NCBI GenBank assembly: GCA_963721455.1
Contig: CAVRJG010000046.1
Coordinates: forward strand, 1 to 64,000
DNA from: an uncultured Methanosarcinaceae archaeon
GTDB lineage: Archaea; Halobacteriota; Methanosarcinia; Methanosarcinales; Methanosarcinaceae
Direction of reading: 5' to 3'
Length of the DNA stretch: 64,000 bases
The notes below the pieces were generated by a model. It made no database searches and had not been told where the DNA came from. It was given only the letters and a program-made list of their open reading frames with translations. Position numbers and translations under genes: made by a program. This document shows, in pieces, positions 39,169 to 49,520 of this stretch. The number at the start of each line of letters is the position of its first letter. Position 1 is the stretch's first letter.

Positions 39169-40692
39169 TCAGGCGACTTCTTCTGTTTTTTCAATTGCCA
39201 CATCAAATACCCTGGGTTTTTCCAGCAAGAACCGTATTTCATTCAGCTTGCTTGCAATTTCGTAAATATCCGTGTTTTTGGAACGGTATTTTATAAGGAT
39301 TTCCTGGCTGTCCTGTCCTGAAACCCAGATATTCTCTCTCAGGGTATTCTCAAGGGCTTTTTCTTCTTCCTGGATTTGCTTTCTGAAATAGTTCAGTCTC
39401 TCTTCCAGATTTTCGTACTCTTTTTCATATAGCTTTTTATCTCCGTAGTCAAGGCTGATCTTGAACTCAAACCCGTATTTCCTGCGGAACTGTTCGGCCA
39501 CGGATTCGAAGTCCAGAGAACTGTTGAGATTGCTGTAATCGAGCCCATAGTTGTAGGTATGGGTTGGGAACTCGGTATGGTGTTTCAGTAGATCAAGGGC
39601 GTTGTCAAATGTCAGATTCCTCTGGGTTTTCATTCCGGAAAACCTTGAGCTTTTCATGCTGCCTGTTGTTTTTCTCTCCTCTTCATAGCACTTATTGCAG
39701 GCTACAAGATCCGGAAGTTCCTGCTGCAGGCAGCTGTATATGGAGTTTTTCAGGTCAAAAACGTCCAGTTTCAGTTTTCCGGTGTCTGTGCCCCCTGAAA
39801 CAACCCTATCCAGAATGAGCTTCCTGATTGCTTCCTTCTGTTCCGGCACTTCCCAGAGCACATGCTGGAGCAGAACAGCAGTCATCCTGTTTACGCTTGC
39901 ATGCCCGTTTACGGCCGAGGCTACCCTGAGCACGTTTACAATCTTTTTCCAGCGCCTGTCCGAAACGAAAATATTGGAGTTTTTAAGTTCTCTTCTGAGC
40001 CCTTTTATAATTGCCCGAACCTCAGGATCAACCGGGAGATCTCTTGCTTTCTTCTGGATTTCCCTTATATCTTCTATGTTGAGTTTCGTTGAGGGCACGA
40101 AGTCTTCAGTATTTTTGAAGATCAGGTCTTCAAGGTTCTCTTCGTGCTGGATATAATCCACCCTGTACCTGAAAAGAAAGCGGTCGTAAAGGGCTTCGAG
40201 GCTTTCATCTTCTTCGGGCAGCTCGTTGGAAGCCCCAAAAACGGAGAAAAGAGGTACCTCTATAATTTCCTTGCCGTTGTGGTACTTCCTCTCGTTCAGC
40301 ACAGTCAGCAGGCTGTTTAAGATGGAACTGTTTGCCTTGAAAATCTCGTCAAGAAGGGCGATATGGGCAGTCGGCAGGTAGCCATCTATCCGTCTGCTGA
40401 ATTCGTCCCTCTCAAGTGCCTTAAGGGAAAGCGGTCCAAACACTTCTTCAGGCGTGGAAAAACGGGTCAGGAGATAATGAAAAAAATTCCCTCCCTCGAT
40501 AGTTTCGCAGATTTTGCTTGCAAGCAGGGTTTTTGCAGTTCCTGGCGGGCCCAGCAAGAGGACATGTTCGCCTGAAAGGAGTGCAAGAAGGGATCCATTT
40601 ATTTCGGCATCCCGTTCTTTAAAGTAACCTGAAAATTCCTGTTTGATACTGATGATGGTATTTTTTAAATCCAGAACTTTCATAAATTCCAA
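39169..40692 (-). CDS. ravA: RavA-like MoxR AAA+ ATPase
   Basis: GPPGTAKT, LLTRFSTPEEVFGP, LDEIFKA, ASNELP, ALYDRF, SDRRW. Confidence 0.9.
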   Translation of the reverse strand: MEFMKVLDLKNTIISIKQEFSGYFKERDAEINGSLLALLSGEHVLLLGPPGTAKTLLASKICETIEGGNFFHYLLTRFSTPEEVFGPLSLKALERDEFSRRIDGYLPTAHIALLDEIFKANSSILNSLLTVLNERKYHNGKEIIEVPLFSVFGASNELPEEDESLEALYDRFLFRYRVDYIQHEENLEDLIFKNTEDFVPSTKLNIEDIREIQKKARDLPVDPEVRAIIKGLRRELKNSNIFVSDRRWKKIVNVLRVASAVNGHASVNRMTAVLLQHVLWEVPEQKEAIRKLILDRVVSGGTDTGKLKLDVFDLKNSIYSCLQQELPDLVACNKCYEEERKTTGSMKSSRFSGMKTQRNLTFDNALDLLKHHTEFPTHTYNYGLDYSNLNSSLDFESVAEQFRRKYGFEFKISLDYGDKKLYEKEYENLEERLNYFRKQIQEEEKALENTLRENIWVSGQDSQEILIKYRSKNTDIYEIASKLNEIRFLLEKPRVFDVAIEKTEEVA

Positions 40693-41121
40693 AACCTTTA
40701 TAACTTTCTCTTTTCCAGCATCTCACCTTAATGTATGAGAAAGTATTACAATAATGAGTTGCAATAGGCGGTTAAAATGATATTAAAAATGAACTCATCA
40801 TTTTTATGGGCCTTGCCTTAATTAATTTTTCTAAAAAAAAATTCTTGCCACTGATATATCTGCGGATTATGTCTCTTCCTGGTGATATATCTTTCTGCCT
40901 TTATATTCTGAAATTCCAACCTTTTACCAAATCTCATGCGCTGACCTGGAGTACCCGCATGATTAGAGTTTCTGCCGATTCTGCCTTTTGCTATCCGAAG
41001 AAGTTATGCATAAAGAAGTCAATCACTACTGAGAATGATTTAAACTTCTCTGGACAATAGCTTTTTCGGAGACGAACCGGTAAAATCAGTATTCGAGAAG
41101 AATATTCTGGAAGATCTATAT

Positions 41122-41865
41122 ATGAATGATTTTGAGCGTGAAAAATACAGCCGGCAGATCCTTCTTTTTGGGGAAGAGGGGCAGGAAAAGCTAAAGAATG
41201 CAAAAGTACTGGTTGCCGGTGCAGGCGGTCTCGGAAGCCCGGTTTCGACATATCTCGCAATAGCCGGGGTAGGAAAAATAATTCTTGCAGATTTCGATTC
41301 AGTGGATCTCAGCAATCTAAACAGGCAGTTTCTCCATCACGAAAAGGATATTGGAAGGGCTAAGGTAGAGTCAGCAAAGGAAAAGCTTCTTTCTATGAAC
41401 CCCGACATTGAGGTCGAAACTATAGGGGAGATGCTTACCGAATCAAATATCGAATCTCTAATTCCTGAATGTGACATTATCGTTGATGCCCTTGATAACC
41501 TCGAAACGAGACATGTGCTTAACAGGCTTGCCATAAAAAGGAGAATTCCTTTAATTCATGGAGCAGTTACCGGGTATGACGGCCAGGTAACAACAATAGT
41601 TCCCGGAAAAACCCCATGTTTTTACTGTATTTTCCCGCGCATTTCCAAAAAAGAAGTTTTTCCTATTTTAGGGGTAACTCCAGGAGTTATCGGTTCCATT
41701 CAGGCAAATGAAGCGATTAAATTCCTGACAGGAAAAGGGAAACTTCTGGAAGGCCGCCTTCTGTTCTGGAATGGACTTTCAGGAAATTTCAGTGAAATTT
41801 CACTCTCAAAGTTAAACAATTGTCCGGTTTGCGGATATCTGAATGAACGAATTGAAAATAAATGA
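41122..41865 (+). CDS. ThiF/MoeB/UbaA E1-like adenylyltransferase
   Basis: YSRQ, GAGGLGS, D.D.V..SNLNRQ, CFYC and CPVC zinc motifs. Confidence 0.92.
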   Translation: MNDFEREKYSRQILLFGEEGQEKLKNAKVLVAGAGGLGSPVSTYLAIAGVGKIILADFDSVDLSNLNRQFLHHEKDIGRAKVESAKEKLLSMNPDIEVETIGEMLTESNIESLIPECDIIVDALDNLETRHVLNRLAIKRRIPLIHGAVTGYDGQVTTIVPGKTPCFYCIFPRISKKEVFPILGVTPGVIGSIQANEAIKFLTGKGKLLEGRLLFWNGLSGNFSEISLSKLNNCPVCGYLNERIENK

Positions 41866-41983
41866 GGACTTTGCCTTTTCTAAGGCAGGGTAAATCTTTG
41901 TTTCAATTCCCTGCTGCCTATTGATCAATTTTTATATATCCTCAGTAATAATATCATATAGGATATTTACAAGAGGAGATTTG

Positions 41984-42925
41984 ATGAAAAGGAAGGCCGG
42001 GCAAGTTGAGAAAAAAAGCAGTGATTGGGAAGACAACTCAGGCTTATGGTCTCATGGATTTCATGATCTTAATTCATCCGCACCTGATTTCTCTTCTGCT
42101 CCTATCCCGAACATTCCCTATTTTGACTTTCGGATCTATCGGGAGTCCGGGGTAAAGTCGCTGATAAAGGTACATAGTAAGGATATTTCTCGGCTGCTTG
42201 AGAAAGTTCACTTTGATGGAAACTACTACAGGGTAAAGTGTGTAAGTTCGGAGGAATGGGAATACTGCTGGGACCTGGCGGTCAGGGTTCAGTTTTTCGG
42301 AAAAATGCAGGGCATGACTCTTTATCCCAATCGGCTGGTTTCACCGAAAGAAAAAAAGATTGTCTACAGGTCCCTGATCCTGGTTAACCCTTACCAGCTC
42401 TGGGATGAAGCTCTTGTAAGCAGATTCTGGAACTTGCAGGAGAGGGTTGAATTCCTGATAGCCAGAATCCTTTTTCACGAATGTCTTCACGTTATGATCT
42501 CGCTTGGAAATATCCTGCCTTTAAGTTTCGGAAACACTGATACGTTTCTCGAATTCAGGAGGATGCTGGAAGTCTCGAATTCTAAAAAACTTTCCACTTA
42601 TCTCCACAATGTGCAGTTTCGCCTCTGGAATCTTGTCCTGTTTGGGGCGCGAGGTTCCGAAAGTGAACAAAAACTGCTCGAAAGGGTTCAGGAGATCTAT
42701 GAGTTCCTTATTAATGAAAAATACAGTAACCAGAAAACGGGAGACGTTTTCAATTTTCCTTCGAACAACATGAAAATAGCCCGGAAATATGCATGGATAG
42801 CAGCCGTCAGAGCCGGAGGAAGCGCGCAGGTCAGCAAAAGGGTATGGCAGGTTGAGGTCCGCAGGCTCAGCATAGCACTGAGAGAACTCTATGATGAAAT
42901 TGATATGCAGTTGAATAAAGGTTGA
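41984..42925 (+). CDS. Hypothetical protein with HExxH motif
   Basis: GAGGAG RBS before ATG 41984; ILFHECLH. Confidence 0.7.
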   Translation: MKRKAGQVEKKSSDWEDNSGLWSHGFHDLNSSAPDFSSAPIPNIPYFDFRIYRESGVKSLIKVHSKDISRLLEKVHFDGNYYRVKCVSSEEWEYCWDLAVRVQFFGKMQGMTLYPNRLVSPKEKKIVYRSLILVNPYQLWDEALVSRFWNLQERVEFLIARILFHECLHVMISLGNILPLSFGNTDTFLEFRRMLEVSNSKKLSTYLHNVQFRLWNLVLFGARGSESEQKLLERVQEIYEFLINEKYSNQKTGDVFNFPSNNMKIARKYAWIAAVRAGGSAQVSKRVWQVEVRRLSIALRELYDEIDMQLNKG

Positions 42926-43090
42926 ACCGGATAGTCTTCTGATTTTCCCGGGTATTTTCCTTAAATGTTTTTCCTTAATTTTTCAGTTCCTTAAAACGCT
43001 TTTTCTTAATTTTCCAGCCAATACCTCAATCAGTCTTTCTTACTCTTTCCTGCCTTTTCCCTCTGTTATTTTATTGTTTAAAACTGAACC

Positions 43091-43549
43091 TTATTTTTCC
43101 AGGATCTGTATGATCTCAGCGATATCAGGAAGTTCATGCCCAGGATATACTTTGAAGAATATCACTTTCTGTTCCTCGTCGATAATTATGTTCGCCCTTT
43201 CAGATACCCCTTCCTTTTCCCTGAATATTCCATATGCTCTGGCAACCTCCCCATGCGGCCAGAAGTCCGAAAGAAGCCTGATGTGTGTAATTCCCAGTTC
43301 CCTGGCCCAGGCCTTTTTTGATGGTATGGTGTCCACACTTATGCCAAAGGCCACTGTATTTAGTTTGGTGAACAACTCCTGGTTTTCTTCAAGTGAGCTC
43401 ATCTGCTCTGCACAGATCTTGGTCCAGGCGAGTGGATGGAATGATAGGAGCACCTTCTTGCCGCTGAAGTCATAGAGATGCACCTCTTTATCCTTGTGGT
43501 CTTTTAACCTGAAATCCTGAATTTTATCCCCTATTTTAATCTCGCTCAT
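43091..43549 (-). CDS. 1-Cys peroxiredoxin (AhpE-like)
   Basis: PLAWTKIC (PxxxTxxC), LSDFWPHG, SERA. Confidence 0.9.
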   Translation of the reverse strand: MSEIKIGDKIQDFRLKDHKDKEVHLYDFSGKKVLLSFHPLAWTKICAEQMSSLEENQELFTKLNTVAFGISVDTIPSKKAWARELGITHIRLLSDFWPHGEVARAYGIFREKEGVSERANIIIDEEQKVIFFKVYPGHELPDIAEIIQILEK

Positions 43550-43907
43550 GATAAATCTCCCCATTTAATAAATTCCTCTTTATTTAATAAATTGTCTGTC
43601 TATTAACCTGTTAACATCTTTGGCAGTATCGAATAACCAATCTGGCAATCATAAAAAAGAATCAAAAATGGTATAAATTGTAAGTCAAATGAGGGGCTGG
43701 AAATGAAAATGGTATTAACTAACCATATATTTAATAGTATATCCTGGGAATCCTATTTCCTCAATAAAAAACTTTCCTTTCCATATTAGTTTTTTTGTAC
43801 ATTATCTTCTATTTTCCGGAATACAACTTCTTCAAATCAAATGTTAACCTAAATCCCAGTCATATTTCGTTAACATTTATATCGGATTTGTTACAGACAC
43901 TCTATTT

Positions 43908-45777
43908 ATGGCAGAAACATCCGTCGCAGATTCTATGGTTATTAAGGAAAACCTGGTGGATTTGTCGTTCCAGAAACATTATCTTCAGCTCGTTTACTTC
44001 TGGATGTTTGCAGGTCTGCTTGTCTCAGGCTCCACAGCTTACCTGGTCTACAAAAGTCCATTTCTCTCAAAGCTGATACTGGACAGTTTTCTGGTCTTTT
44101 TTGGGCTCCTGATTGCAGAAATTGTCATTGTGGTTAAACTCTCTAAAGACATCGACGTTCTGACTCCCCTTCAGGCCAGAGCAATGTATATGTTTTATAC
44201 GTTTACCACAGGGCTTACCCTTTCTGTGATATTTTTTCATGACGTTCCATTTTATGGAGACAAAAATACTCCCGGAATTAGGGGGATAAAACCAAAGAAT
44301 GGCAGTTCATGGGGTAAATCGTTCTGTACCCTGGATATAATTGGAACTTCTCACTTGACACTTGACGTAATCGACATTAATAGTTTGAACAAGAATTATT
44401 CTCTATTCATCGAATCTTTATTCGAAAGACTTAAGACAATAGGTGTAAAAACAGGAACAGCATACCTTGACAAAGAATTTTGTAACAGATCTGTGATTTC
44501 AAAATTAGATGAACTTAAAGTCAATTTTGTTATAGCAGCTAAATCAAATCCGGTTATCAATAGAGAACTTAAAAATCATCAAAAAGAGTGGGGAAATACT
44601 TCAACTATTTTTGAATATCAATTTAAGCAAGGAGGACCTTCCTTCAATATTGTTGCAATATATGATGATAAAAGGGAAAGGTACATCCTGTTTGCTACAA
44701 ACAAAGAGGCAGAATCAACTGAGAAATTTGAAAAGACAATTCCAGAAGAATACAGAAAAAGATGGAATATAGAAACTGGCTATAGAGTGAAAAACGACTT
44801 CAAGATACGAACATGTACAAAATCTCCAGTAGCAAGAGTATTGTTCTTTGTTATTCAATGCATCATGTACAATGTTCTAAATATGCTAAAGTCAGTTATT
44901 GAAATTACGGCTTATGAGCTAAAATCATTAATAAATGAAGACATAAACAAAGCTTTTAGATATGGGCTAAAGTCGTTGAATTTTATTCCGGTTAAGGTAT
45001 TACTGGAATGTTTAAGATGGTTTAATGAAGAAAGAAATCGAGTGCTACGCACTCGATTAACTACAATATAAATCACATAGAATAATAATTATTAACTTAA
45101 TAGCTTATGCTATCAATGTGCTATAAAATTATTCGATAAGATCCTATTTTTTGAAAAATGTTAGTGGAAGTTATAGCTTAAAAATATTAAACTCTGATTA
45201 ACAATCCAATATATTTTTAAAATTAGTAAGTGAAAAGTAAAATGTCTACACAGAAACTTCTATTTACTCCCTCTTTGGGATCTCAGCCTTTACCTTCGGG
45301 GCCATGAGCTTTTATGGTTACACCACAAACACCGACCTGAGCAGAATTGGCAACTTGCTTATGACATTCGTGGTGGGCCTTATCGCAGCTCTGCTCGGCA
45401 ATTTATTCCTTCAAAGTTCGAAAATTGATTTAATTATCTCAGTCGTTGGTGTTCTTGTCTTTTCAGGGCTGACGGCGTATGATACCCAGAAGCTAAAAAG
45501 GTTGAGCCAGGGAGATCTTGAAGTACTTGAGGAACTTGGGTTCTCCAATAAAAAGGATAAAAATAAAGAGATGAATAAAAATCAGGTCGATGCAAAACCT
45601 GGAGGAAAGGAAAAAACCGGGGAAAAACCTGAAAAACCAAGGTCTCCGGAACTTATTGCAGCCGGGTCCGCGGCTCATAAAGAACCCATTATTGGAGCCC
45701 TGATACTCTACCTGGATTTCGTAAACCTCTTCCTGTACCTTCTGAGGGCGATGGGGGAAAACAACGATAACGATTGA
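43908..45777 (+). pseudogene. Bax inhibitor-1/YccA family gene interrupted by a transposase fragment
   Basis: VYFWM..GL..S ... GLTLSVIFF resumes in frame at 45244 as VYTETSIY...GYTT..DLS...AYDTQ.LK...GAL.LYLDFVNLFL. Confidence 0.88.
44238..45243 (+). mobile_element. 5'-truncated ISH3-like (IS4 group) DDE transposase fragment
   Basis: HDVPFYG, YLDKEF, YRKRWNIETGYR (Y-2-R-3-E-type motif); AT-rich; no left end seen. Confidence 0.85.
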
Positions 45778-45956
45778 ATCCTGAATAAATGAACTAAGTA
45801 GCCATGAAAAAGTATAAAAAACTTTGTTGGGGACTGAAAATCTCGGACCGGGATAAAAGATCAAAATAAAAGTAAAACGGGTTGACAGGCAGATGATATA
45901 AGTCTTTAAATGTTCTTGAAGGGAAAAGTGTTATACTGGAAGGTGACATGGAACTA

Positions 45957-47882
45957 TTATTGCTTTTCTGTGACTGTAAATCTTATAATGAATTCAGTTC
46001 CAGAATCTCTTTTTAATTCAAGTTCACCATCTAGCTGGTTTACCAGTGTGGCTATCAGTTGAAGGCCGAGAGTCTCGGAATTTTGTATATCAAGACTTTC
46101 AGGAATACCTACCCCATTATCTTTAACTGTCAGGACAAAGCCTGTATTTTTGCAGTCTGCTTTTTCTCTGTCCCCCCTGTCGTTTTTGCATTGCCCGGTT
46201 TCTTCCCTGAAGAGCTTTATTTGGACGCTCCCTTTCTCTCTACCGGAAAATGCATGTTTGAGGGAGTTTGAAACAAGTTCATTTACGATTATCCCTAACG
46301 GGATTGCTGTATCCATATCAAAGAAAATACTCTCTTCCATGTTTATTTTCAGGCTGATATCCGAGTCTCCGAGCCTGTTAGTCTGGAAAAGGTTCTCACT
46401 AAGTTTCTGAAGGTATGTTGAAAAGTTTAAGGTATCGGCTTTCCCGCCTCTGTGCAACTCTTCGTGGATGAGAGCCACGGATACTACGCGATTCTGGCTT
46501 TCCAGAAAAGACTCAAGGATTTCTGAAGTTTGAACGGTTTTTCTGTTTCTGAACCTTTCAGCTTGAAGGTCAAGTAACGACGAGATTACCTGCAGGTTGT
46601 TCTTTATCCTGTGATGGATTTCTTTTTTGCGGGTAATTTCGGCATTTGCAAGGGTTTCTTCTGCTTCTTTCTTTTCGGTTATGTCGTAAATTGTGCCCTG
46701 ATATATGTCAGGTTTCCCGTTACTGCCAGGTATTTTCTGGTAGGTTTCATGAACCCATTTTACTTTCCCATCCTTACGTATTATCCGGAAATCAATTTCT
46801 CCGCAGCGAGAGTGTGAAGAGGTTTGAATATTTTTTTCTTTTTCATAGATACGGGGCAGGTCTTGAGGGTGGATAATCTCTTTCCAGGGGTGTCTGGATA
46901 TGAACTCTTCTTCGCTATATCCTGTAATCTCTTCAACAGTTCCGTGGAGGAATACAGGAACGAAATTCTCATCCGCCTGGAAAACGATGCCTTTAAAATT
47001 CTTTATGAATGAGCGGTATTTTTCTTCGCTTTCCTGAAGTTCTTTCTGCGCTTTATTGCGTTCGGTAACATCAAGCACGGCACCTACCAGTCCACTTATC
47101 TCACCGTTTGTACTGAAACAGGGGGATTTGATAATGATAAATTCTTTTCCGAGGCAGTTTGGGAGGTATCTACTTTTTAATTCGCAACACTGCTCTATCC
47201 CATCCCGGTAAACCTGAAAGTCCAGCTCATTATATTTCTTTATCAGCTCTTGAGGCGCCCGGTGTGTAAGTTCGACATAGACTCTGCCTGTTATTTTCTC
47301 TTGAGGGAGGCCTATGATTTCCGTTGCAAAAAGCTTATTGCAGCCTGTATATTTTCCTTCCGTATTCTTATAAAAAACAGGCACTGGAATTTCATCAAGC
47401 ATTTTTTCCTTAAAGTCCAGGTTTTCCCTCAGGGCTTTTTCAGCCTGCCTGATCTCAGTAATTTCCTGCATAACCGTAACGAGTCCGATAATCTCCCCTC
47501 TTTCCCCACTGAGGGTTGATTTATTTGTCAGAAAAATTCTTCTTACTCCATCCGCACAGATCCCCTCGATTTCAAGGGTCAGGTTTTCTCCGGAGTTTAG
47601 AAGCTGCCGGTTTGCTTTATCCCATTCTTCAAAACACCTGAGAATACTCTGCTCGTATCCGGGAAGCTTTCCTTGAAGTTTTTCGATGGCATTGTCTATC
47701 ACCTCAGGCAGGGTGTGCCCGATAATTGCTTCTTCAGAAAGGCCTGCAATTTGCCCGGCGAAAGATTTGTTAACGCCAAGGACTACCCCTTTCCTGTCCG
47801 TATATACAACAGGGTTTAGCATGTCACTGAATATTTTAGCTTCATCCCCTGCCAATTTTTCAGCTCCCCTCTCTCCTCTCAT
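45957..47882 (-). CDS. PAS-domain sensor histidine kinase (HisKA_2)
   Basis: Three PAS/PAC; EIHHRIKNNLQ, NELVSNSLKHAF, DNGVG, LGLQL. Confidence 0.93.
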   Translation of the reverse strand: MRGERGAEKLAGDEAKIFSDMLNPVVYTDRKGVVLGVNKSFAGQIAGLSEEAIIGHTLPEVIDNAIEKLQGKLPGYEQSILRCFEEWDKANRQLLNSGENLTLEIEGICADGVRRIFLTNKSTLSGERGEIIGLVTVMQEITEIRQAEKALRENLDFKEKMLDEIPVPVFYKNTEGKYTGCNKLFATEIIGLPQEKITGRVYVELTHRAPQELIKKYNELDFQVYRDGIEQCCELKSRYLPNCLGKEFIIIKSPCFSTNGEISGLVGAVLDVTERNKAQKELQESEEKYRSFIKNFKGIVFQADENFVPVFLHGTVEEITGYSEEEFISRHPWKEIIHPQDLPRIYEKEKNIQTSSHSRCGEIDFRIIRKDGKVKWVHETYQKIPGSNGKPDIYQGTIYDITEKKEAEETLANAEITRKKEIHHRIKNNLQVISSLLDLQAERFRNRKTVQTSEILESFLESQNRVVSVALIHEELHRGGKADTLNFSTYLQKLSENLFQTNRLGDSDISLKINMEESIFFDMDTAIPLGIIVNELVSNSLKHAFSGREKGSVQIKLFREETGQCKNDRGDREKADCKNTGFVLTVKDNGVGIPESLDIQNSETLGLQLIATLVNQLDGELELKRDSGTEFIIRFTVTEKQ

Positions 47883-48289
47883 GCCTCTTTTGCCTCTTAT
47901 TTTTCAAACCTGGATTCTACTGGACTTTATGGCTAGACTTTCAGGAATTTGCTGCAGTTTCTTATGTTTGTTATTTTACGTAAATTCTTTTATTAAAAAC
48001 TTTTTTCAGACGTTTCCCAAAATAGAGATCCCCCTCACTATTTAAATATTTTTTTATTAAAAATTTTTTATATTACTATTTCAATGTTAATTGTGCCCGA
48101 CAAAGGGGAATCGCTGGCTCATACGGCTATCAGTAATAAATTGTGATATTACAGGATTTAAAAATGTATCTTAAAATGGTAGAGACCTAAATAAAATTGA
48201 AGGAGGTCTATATACAATTAAAAAATCAAAGTTTGAAAATTTTTCTGCCATTATCCTCAAAACCGTTATTTCTTCAAGAAAATAATATA

Positions 48290-48389
48290 ATTCTGCCAGT
48301 CAAACCCTGATCCAGGAGACCAACAGGTTAAACATTAAGCTGCTTCCGGAGAATATGGAACTAAAAAGCCCTGGTGGAAATTCTGGTAA
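48290..48389 (+). pseudogene. Remnant of a coiled-coil protein ending KKPWWKFW
   Basis: QTLIQETNRLNIKLLPE, frameshift, KKPWWKFW*. Confidence 0.5.
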
Positions 48390-48479
48390 TAGAACTAAGG
48401 TCTGTTTCTGTCACAACGGAGGAAACAGAACGTGTGACAAATACAGACCTTATGCGCCCATTACTCTTTAGCCATAAAT

Positions 48480-48585
48480 AACCCGTAGTAACATTGCTGC
48501 TGAAGTTTGCTACAGGAAGTACTGGTCCTGGTGCTGGAAGAGAAACTATAAATTGCCCGAAGGCAGAAGGATCAACTCCGACTTT
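48480..48585 (-). pseudogene. Fragment of a YVTN/PKD surface gene
   Basis: VGVDPSAFGQFI..LPAPGPVLPVANFSSNVTTGY matches the propeller/PKD junction of 49521..53135. Confidence 0.7.
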
Positions 48586-49520
48586 CACGCCTTTATAACC
48601 TTTTTTGTGGCAGTGCCAATTACAGATACTGTGCCTCTGTATTGGTTCATAATATATGCATATATGCCAATGGGCAGAAAAGCACAATGAAACATCAATG
48701 AAAGACAATGAAATAACTGGAGAAGGCAAGCCCTTCTATGATCCCCTTCTCTATTTGATCCTGAAAAATCAACTATGCGTCAATGAACTACCAATTGAAG
48801 CCACTGGAACAAAAAAGCACATCAAAGAAAGAGAAAAGCCCGGAAGAGTTCTGTTCCTTCTACTGTAGCCCCCGATACAGTCGCTCCGAAGTTATACCCC
48901 CATCAAGTATATCTATTCGGAATAGGACCAATGTCTACCAGGCAATTCTTCACTCACATATCATACCGGTTATTCCCCATCCTTTTTGACCTATTTACTC
49001 CTGCTATAATATACAATTATCCCAGTTGTTATTTTAAATTAATTATACGAAAAATTGTTTCTGAATAAAAGTTACTTCCACATAAAATATTTTTAAATCG
49101 AACAACAATTAAATATTAATAATACTTTTTTATTATTTTCCGAGGTCTTCAAAATTTAGTATTGAGTTTTTTTCCTAAAAAAGCAATCCGGATTCATTTT
49201 ATATTAAATTCCTGGATTTAAAGGCGCGATAAGAATTATTGTGAACACTATATAAAAATTAAAAATATTGAAATATTGTACATCTCCGGTGGAGATTTTG
49301 GTAACCTCATTTATGTGTACCCCACTTCAGGTCCGCATTTTTCTTGTCATAATATTCTTTTGTAATATCTCACAGAAAACGGAGTCATATAACTGAGTCA
49401 TATTATAGACGAAAACGAACTCCCTTAAAGGAGTTCATTTTCATCTGGACATTCTTTATCGTTTTTCCAATTTAATATGTTCATTTGCTTGTGTTAGTAA
49501 CTGACATTAAGCGGCGCTTT

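Noticed and set aside
48770-48870. PGF-CTERM-like fragment (LPGFSLSL) on the minus strand
   Set aside because: Short, no basic tail and no intact upstream frame
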